From: Macrostomum hystrix
Lineage: Eukaryota > Animalia > Platyhelminthes
Reading direction: 5' to 3'
Length of the DNA: 64,000 nt
Assembly (NCBI GenBank): GCA_950097015.1
Contig: CATNEN010000029.1
Span: 4,774,001 to 4,838,000, forward strand
Below the pieces are notes generated by a model, which was given only the letters and a program-made list of their open reading frames with translations, had not been told where the DNA came from and searched no databases. A program made the position numbers and the translations under genes. Shown here in pieces: positions 59,601 to 64,000 of this stretch. Within the stretch, counting starts at the first letter, position 1. The number at the start of each line of letters is the position of its first letter.

Positions 59601-59836
59601 ATGAACACATCCGTCCCCGGATAGATCTGCGGCCTGAACCAATCGTAGTCGTCCTGACCAGCCGTGACAAAAACGCTCAAGTTGATCTGCTTGTTGTCAA
59701 CCATGATTTTTGCAGAGTAGTCGTTAAGTACCGTTGGAATGTACTTGGTCCAGAAAGTCTTTGTTGTGTATGATTCGAGTAGGGCGGTCTTGCCAGCACA
59801 ACCATCTCCGACAACGACGCACTTGATGTCGTCCAT
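53641..59836 (-). CDS. Predicted Rho(Rac-like)-caspase fusion protein (~526 aa)
   Basis: Exons 59836-59259 (donor TT|GTAAGT), 54919-54695 (225 nt, open, donor AC|GTAAGA), 54418-53641; all phase 2. Rho: [22 protein letters not shown]. Caspase: MAHG, QACRG, SLR. Confidence 0.75.
55690..58803 (+). mobile_element. 5'-truncated, decayed RTE-like non-LTR retrotransposon in intron 1 of the Rho-caspase gene
   Basis: APE tail NTRFRK..QLDHML..SDQ; [13 protein letters not shown]; RT motifs [33 protein letters not shown]; RLAGHVIR; (TAT)n tail at ~58790. Multiple stops and frameshifts. Confidence 0.88.
56621..57572 (-). mobile_element. Nested Ty3/Gypsy fragment: protease end, integrase tail, PPT and 3' LTR
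   Basis: Minus strand: [15 protein letters not shown]; [27 protein letters not shown]; PPT AGAGGGGAGA followed by a TG...CA-bounded ~280-bp LTR (56902-56621). Confidence 0.78.
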
Positions 59837-60414
59837 TGCCCTATTGTAGAGAAGTCTAGTTAGCAGCAGCTTGCAAAATACTTTTTAGCAGTAAGCAAAG
59901 GTGCTGCACAATAAATTCAGTACAAGTCTTTGCTTTTCTAAATAAATATATTCGCGTGACAGACTAAAAGAAAAAATAGTCATTACCCTCGAATCGACAA
60001 TGCTTTCTGTACACCTGCCCGAGGCAGAGGCTCAGTGGAGAGAGTGCAATTAGCAGCAGCTTAGCATTAAAAAAAAGCTAAATACTTTTCGTTTTTCAAA
60101 GTTTTAGTAATTAAAATTTGTAAAAAAAATTTAAAGGACGGAATGCGCTCGCACCGGCGGGACACAATGCCTGTGTGGTATGAGTCAGACCAGGCCTACG
60201 GGCTAAGGTCTGCGATGCCTCACACCTGCAGTCGTTTTTTGAGCAGGCCTGGCAGGAAGGAGCCCTGTACCTCCGGGTGCAGGGATCCCTCCACGCTGTC
60301 CCGTCAGCTGACCCATGGGTACACGTCCCGCGAGTGTTCAAGGCTGACCCTAGGGCAGCCGGACAGAATGGGCAACAGCGCTGGATGACCCATCCAGGGC
60401 CTCTGGCCAAACTG

Positions 60415-61070
60415 GGTACCTCTAGCCCTGGCTGGAGGGAAAGGTGTCACCCTTTGACCTTAACAGGGTATGCGGCGAGTCCGCAGCTTTCGTGCACCTG
60501 TGCGTGATCAGGTACCTCTGGCTACGGCTCTGAGGGAGAGGTGTTACCCTTTGACCTTGACAGGGTATGCGGCCAGTCCGCAGCGTCTCGCGCACCTGTG
60601 CGTGATCAGGTACCTCTGGCTACGGCTCTGAGGGAGAGGTGTTTACCCTTTGACCTTGACAGGGTATGCGGCCAGTCCGCAGCGTCTCGCGCACCTGTGC
60701 GTGATCAGGTACCTCTGGCTACGGCTCTGAGGGAAAGGTGTCACCCTTTGACCTTAACAGGGTATGCGGCCAGTCCGCAGTTTTCGTGCACCTGTGCGTG
60801 ATCAGGTACCTCTGGCTACGGCTCTGAGGGAAAGGTGTCACCCTTTGACCTTAACAGGGTATGCGGCCAGTCCGCAGCGTCTCGCGCACCTGTGCGTGAT
60901 CAGGTACCTCTGGCTACGGCTCTGAGGGAAGGGTGTCACCCTTTGACCTTAACAGGGTATGCGGCCAGTCCGCAGCGCTCGTGCACCTGTGCGTGATCAG
61001 GTACCTCTGGCTACGGCTCTGAGGGACAGGTGTCACCCTTCGACCTCAACAGGGTACGCAGCCAGTCTGC
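60415..61070 (+). repeat. ~97-99-bp tandem monomers (~6.5 copies) in the LINE 5' UTR
   Basis: GGTACC anchors at 60415, 60511, 60609, 60708, 60805, 60903 and 61000. Confidence 0.92.
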
Positions 61071-61204
61071 GGGCCTGGCACTGCTTTAGGTGTCCTCTTA
61101 TGCCTAAGGTCTCACCGCGCTGAGGGGCTGAAAGGTCCGGGGAGTCTATCCGGCCATTAGCGGTTTTTATTTTTATTCTCTTCTTTCTCTTTTTCCAGCG
61201 ACCT

Positions 61205-62692
61205 ATGGAGTCCCACTACAGCTCCAGCACGTCCCAGGACCCTGCTGAAACGCCGACCCCGGCCGGCGACGCAGATCCTCAGGACCAGCGCCAGGGCGAC
61301 ACCGGTTCCACCGGCGCCCAAAATTCATCCTGCTCCTCCGCCACTCAGGAAAACACCAGAGCGGCTGGATCAAAGAGCAAACGCTCCCCTTCCACGCAAG
61401 CCCGCAGCCTCGCCCGCCTCCAGGAATTCCGGCGGCGAAAACAGGAAGTACGGTTGGCTGCGAAATCCGCGCCAACCACCGCCTCCGAGGAGGGGGCCGG
61501 CAACTCTGCGAACATCGCGGAGGAACCGGCACCCAACAAGGAGGCGGACTCCTCGCGCCGTCCGGGAAACCCGGAAGCGCGGAAAAGTGCCGCCCAGGCC
61601 TCTGGGGCATCCGGTTCCTCTCGCGGCGGAACCTCTCACAGTCATCCGGAAACTCCGACGACTGCTGGGGGGCCCGTTGCGGGAGGCGCCGGCCAAACCA
61701 CAAGGCCAAAGCGCACTTACGCTGCTATGGCAAAGAGGCAGCCGGCCTTGGTTATCCGAGGCCAGGAGACGCCCCTCACAACAGCGCAACTCGACCAGAT
61801 CTGGCGCAGATTGGACTCCCATCTGGTCAAACTGGCACTGAGCGGCACTGTACTGCACGTCCTGAAGACCGACATCCAGGACCAAGCCCTCATTGTCCAG
61901 CCTGCCGACAACCAGTCCGGACAGCAACTCCTCGAGATGCTGAAATCCTTCGACTGGGGCACGGAAATGGGCAACCTGTTTATCTACAGGGAGGACGAGC
62001 GCCCCCAGACACACCGTCATCGTGTTTGGATTCCAGCTCGCAGCGCCATCACCAACGCCGGAGAACTGCGCCGCCTGCTGTTGGCAATCCACCCGGATCT
62101 GCCAGCAAACGGTGTCGTGGTTCATGAAACCATCACCAGACCTGGTGGAGACGGTTTCACGGCCATCCTAGGATTGTCGGACAGCTGGATGCTCCGCTGC
62201 CCAGACATGTCCTACATCAGTGCAGGCCTCACTCGAATGCAGATTTTCAGCTTCGAGTCCGACGCCACTCGCCCGCCGCCCCCGGAAAAGCGGAAACGGA
62301 CGAACCAGAGCTCTGCCGGGCCCCTGCGCCCTGGAACACAGACTCCTGATCGTCACGACCACTCCGAGGATGCGGACCCTATCAGGGGCAAAGCCGCGCG
62401 AGCCGCAACGACAGGCGGACGTGGTAAGGGCCGGAAACCCGCCCGTAACACCATCCGTGCTGGCTTGACTCAGCGCGCCAGACAGCTGTCGGACCCCAAC
62501 AGTGGACGCCACCGCAGCACCACCCGGCCCAATGTTTCATCGGAACCCCCAGCGGAAAACCGGGTTGAGGACACGGACGCCGCTGTTGCGGCAGCCCCGG
62601 CCTCAACTCTGGATCCGATTCAGGAGGAACCGATGGAGCTCGGGCAAAACACCGGCGAGGACGAGGAATCGCTCCTGAACAACTCGCCGTAG
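61205..62692 (+). CDS. LINE ORF1 protein (495 aa, no CCHC knuckle seen)
   Basis: Low-complexity N- and C-termini flank a globular core (RHRVWIP...); lies directly upstream of the APE ORF. Confidence 0.85.
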   Translation: MESHYSSSTSQDPAETPTPAGDADPQDQRQGDTGSTGAQNSSCSSATQENTRAAGSKSKRSPSTQARSLARLQEFRRRKQEVRLAAKSAPTTASEEGAGNSANIAEEPAPNKEADSSRRPGNPEARKSAAQASGASGSSRGGTSHSHPETPTTAGGPVAGGAGQTTRPKRTYAAMAKRQPALVIRGQETPLTTAQLDQIWRRLDSHLVKLALSGTVLHVLKTDIQDQALIVQPADNQSGQQLLEMLKSFDWGTEMGNLFIYREDERPQTHRHRVWIPARSAITNAGELRRLLLAIHPDLPANGVVVHETITRPGGDGFTAILGLSDSWMLRCPDMSYISAGLTRMQIFSFESDATRPPPPEKRKRTNQSSAGPLRPGTQTPDRHDHSEDADPIRGKAARAATTGGRGKGRKPARNTIRAGLTQRARQLSDPNSGRHRSTTRPNVSSEPPAENRVEDTDAAVAAAPASTLDPIQEEPMELGQNTGEDEESLLNNSP

Positions 62693-64000
62693 GCCAGCAG
62701 ATAGCCGCACGGACCGCCCCTCCTGGGGTGAGCTTCCTGCAGCTGAACCTGCACCACTGCATCGCGGCCTCGACCAACCTGGCGCGTGTGGTGGACTTCG
62801 AAAAACCGGGCATCATCCTCCTCCAAGAGCCCTGGACGAAGAAAGGTAAGATTCCGAACATTCCTGCTGGTTTTGACTGTTTTTTCATGCCCCAAAACCC
62901 CAGGGCTGCTGTGTTCGCGACTACCGATCTAAAAGCTTGGTATAGACCAGACCTCTCTGACAAAGACCTCTGTGTCATCCAAACCAACCACATTCTCCCG
63001 AACCGCACCGTCATCATCGCCTCTATATACATTCCTGGCGACGGTCCTGCGGTTCCGCCCAGTCTCACTTCCCTCGTGGACTACTGCTCAGACCGCGACT
63101 TTGAGCTGCTGGTGGCAGGCGACATAAATGCCCACCACACCCACTGGGGCAGTGTTACCTCCAACTGCAGAGGCGAGGATCTCCTTGCCTACATCTGCAC
63201 CACCAATATTGAGTTCTGCAACTCGGGTGGCACACCCACCTTTGACAATGGACGATGGACGGAGGTCCTTGACGCCACCCTCGCCTCTCAGGGCCTGATC
63301 CCTCTGATTAGGAACTGGCAGGTGTGGGACGAAGAGGAATCTCTGTCTGACCATCGCTTCATTCGTTTCCGGTTGCTAAGCTCCTACTCCAAGCCTGGTA
63401 TTCTGTGGAAATGGAACGCCCGGAATACTGACTGGACGGCCTTTGCGGAATCCGTGAAGCGCCAGACCAACCAGTTAGAATCCGTTGTTCCTGCCACCTG
63501 TCAAGAAGTGGACGATCTGGCTGATCTACTCAGCATGACCATCTTGACAGCTCATGAAACCTCTTGCCCTCTTAAAGCCTACAAAGGCAAAAAATCCGCT
63601 CCCTGGTGGAACCCAGCGCTTGGAACCCTCCGGCGAAAGGCCAAATCCCTCCAGCGGATTGCGCGGAAAAGCAAGGACCAAGCTGACCTGACCGCCTACC
63701 AGAATGCGATTCGTGACTTTAAGCGTGACACCAGGAAAGCGAAGTCCGAAAAGTGGCGCCAATACTGCACCGAGCTGGAGGGCGCCCGCCCAACTTCTCG
63801 CGTTGTAAAAGCGCTCACTCTTGACAAAATGTCGAAGCTCTCAGTGATCAAAAGACCGGACGGCCGGCTTGCTGAGAATCCTGGCGAATCGCTGGACATC
63901 ATGCTCGCCAGCGCCTTCCCCCAGACTGCGCCGCTTCAGGACCCGCCGGACCACACTCCGGGTGGGCACATCCTTGCGACAACTATTATCACTAGAGAAC
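62689..64000 (+). CDS. LINE ORF2 (APE endonuclease; RT expected beyond the window), 3'-partial
   Basis: FLQLNLHHC, LLQEPW, GDINAHHTHWGS, TPTF, LSDHRFIRF; in the -1 frame relative to ORF1. Confidence 0.9.

Larger units (their letters stand above)
60135..64000 (+). mobile_element. APE-type non-LTR retrotransposon (R1/LOA-like), 5' part, runs off the window
   Basis: Long 5' UTR with tandem monomers, intact ORF1, and an ORF2 with an APE endonuclease that stays open to the window end. The 5' boundary is approximate. Confidence 0.9.

Overview
Eukaryotic (invertebrate metazoan) genomic DNA with GT-AG introns, AT-rich intergenic sequence and many tandem repeats. It resembles a free-living flatworm such as Macrostomum, but that is an unverified impression. 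The left part (~1-24 kb) is an ATP9-type P4-ATPase gene whose introns and flanks carry transposons (Merlin relic, MITE, mariner relic, and a CACTA-like element with a CIDE-N-like ORF) and minisatellites. An intronless RPL10 follows. From ~25.5 to 60 kb lies a Rho-family/caspase cluster with four single-domain CAAX Rho/Rac genes, one caspase pseudogene, and seven atypical Rho domains without CAAX. Manual splice reconstruction joins these seven domains through phase-2 introns into four multi-domain genes: Rho-Rho (+), Rho-Rho-caspase (+, ~938 aa), Rho-Rho (-) and Rho-caspase (-, ~526 aa). Both fused caspase domains keep the His/QACRG catalytic residues. These Rho-caspase fusions are the main candidate novel system; the gene models are predictions without transcript support. 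The right end holds a decayed RTE element with a nested Gypsy fragment and the 5' part of an intact-looking APE-type LINE.
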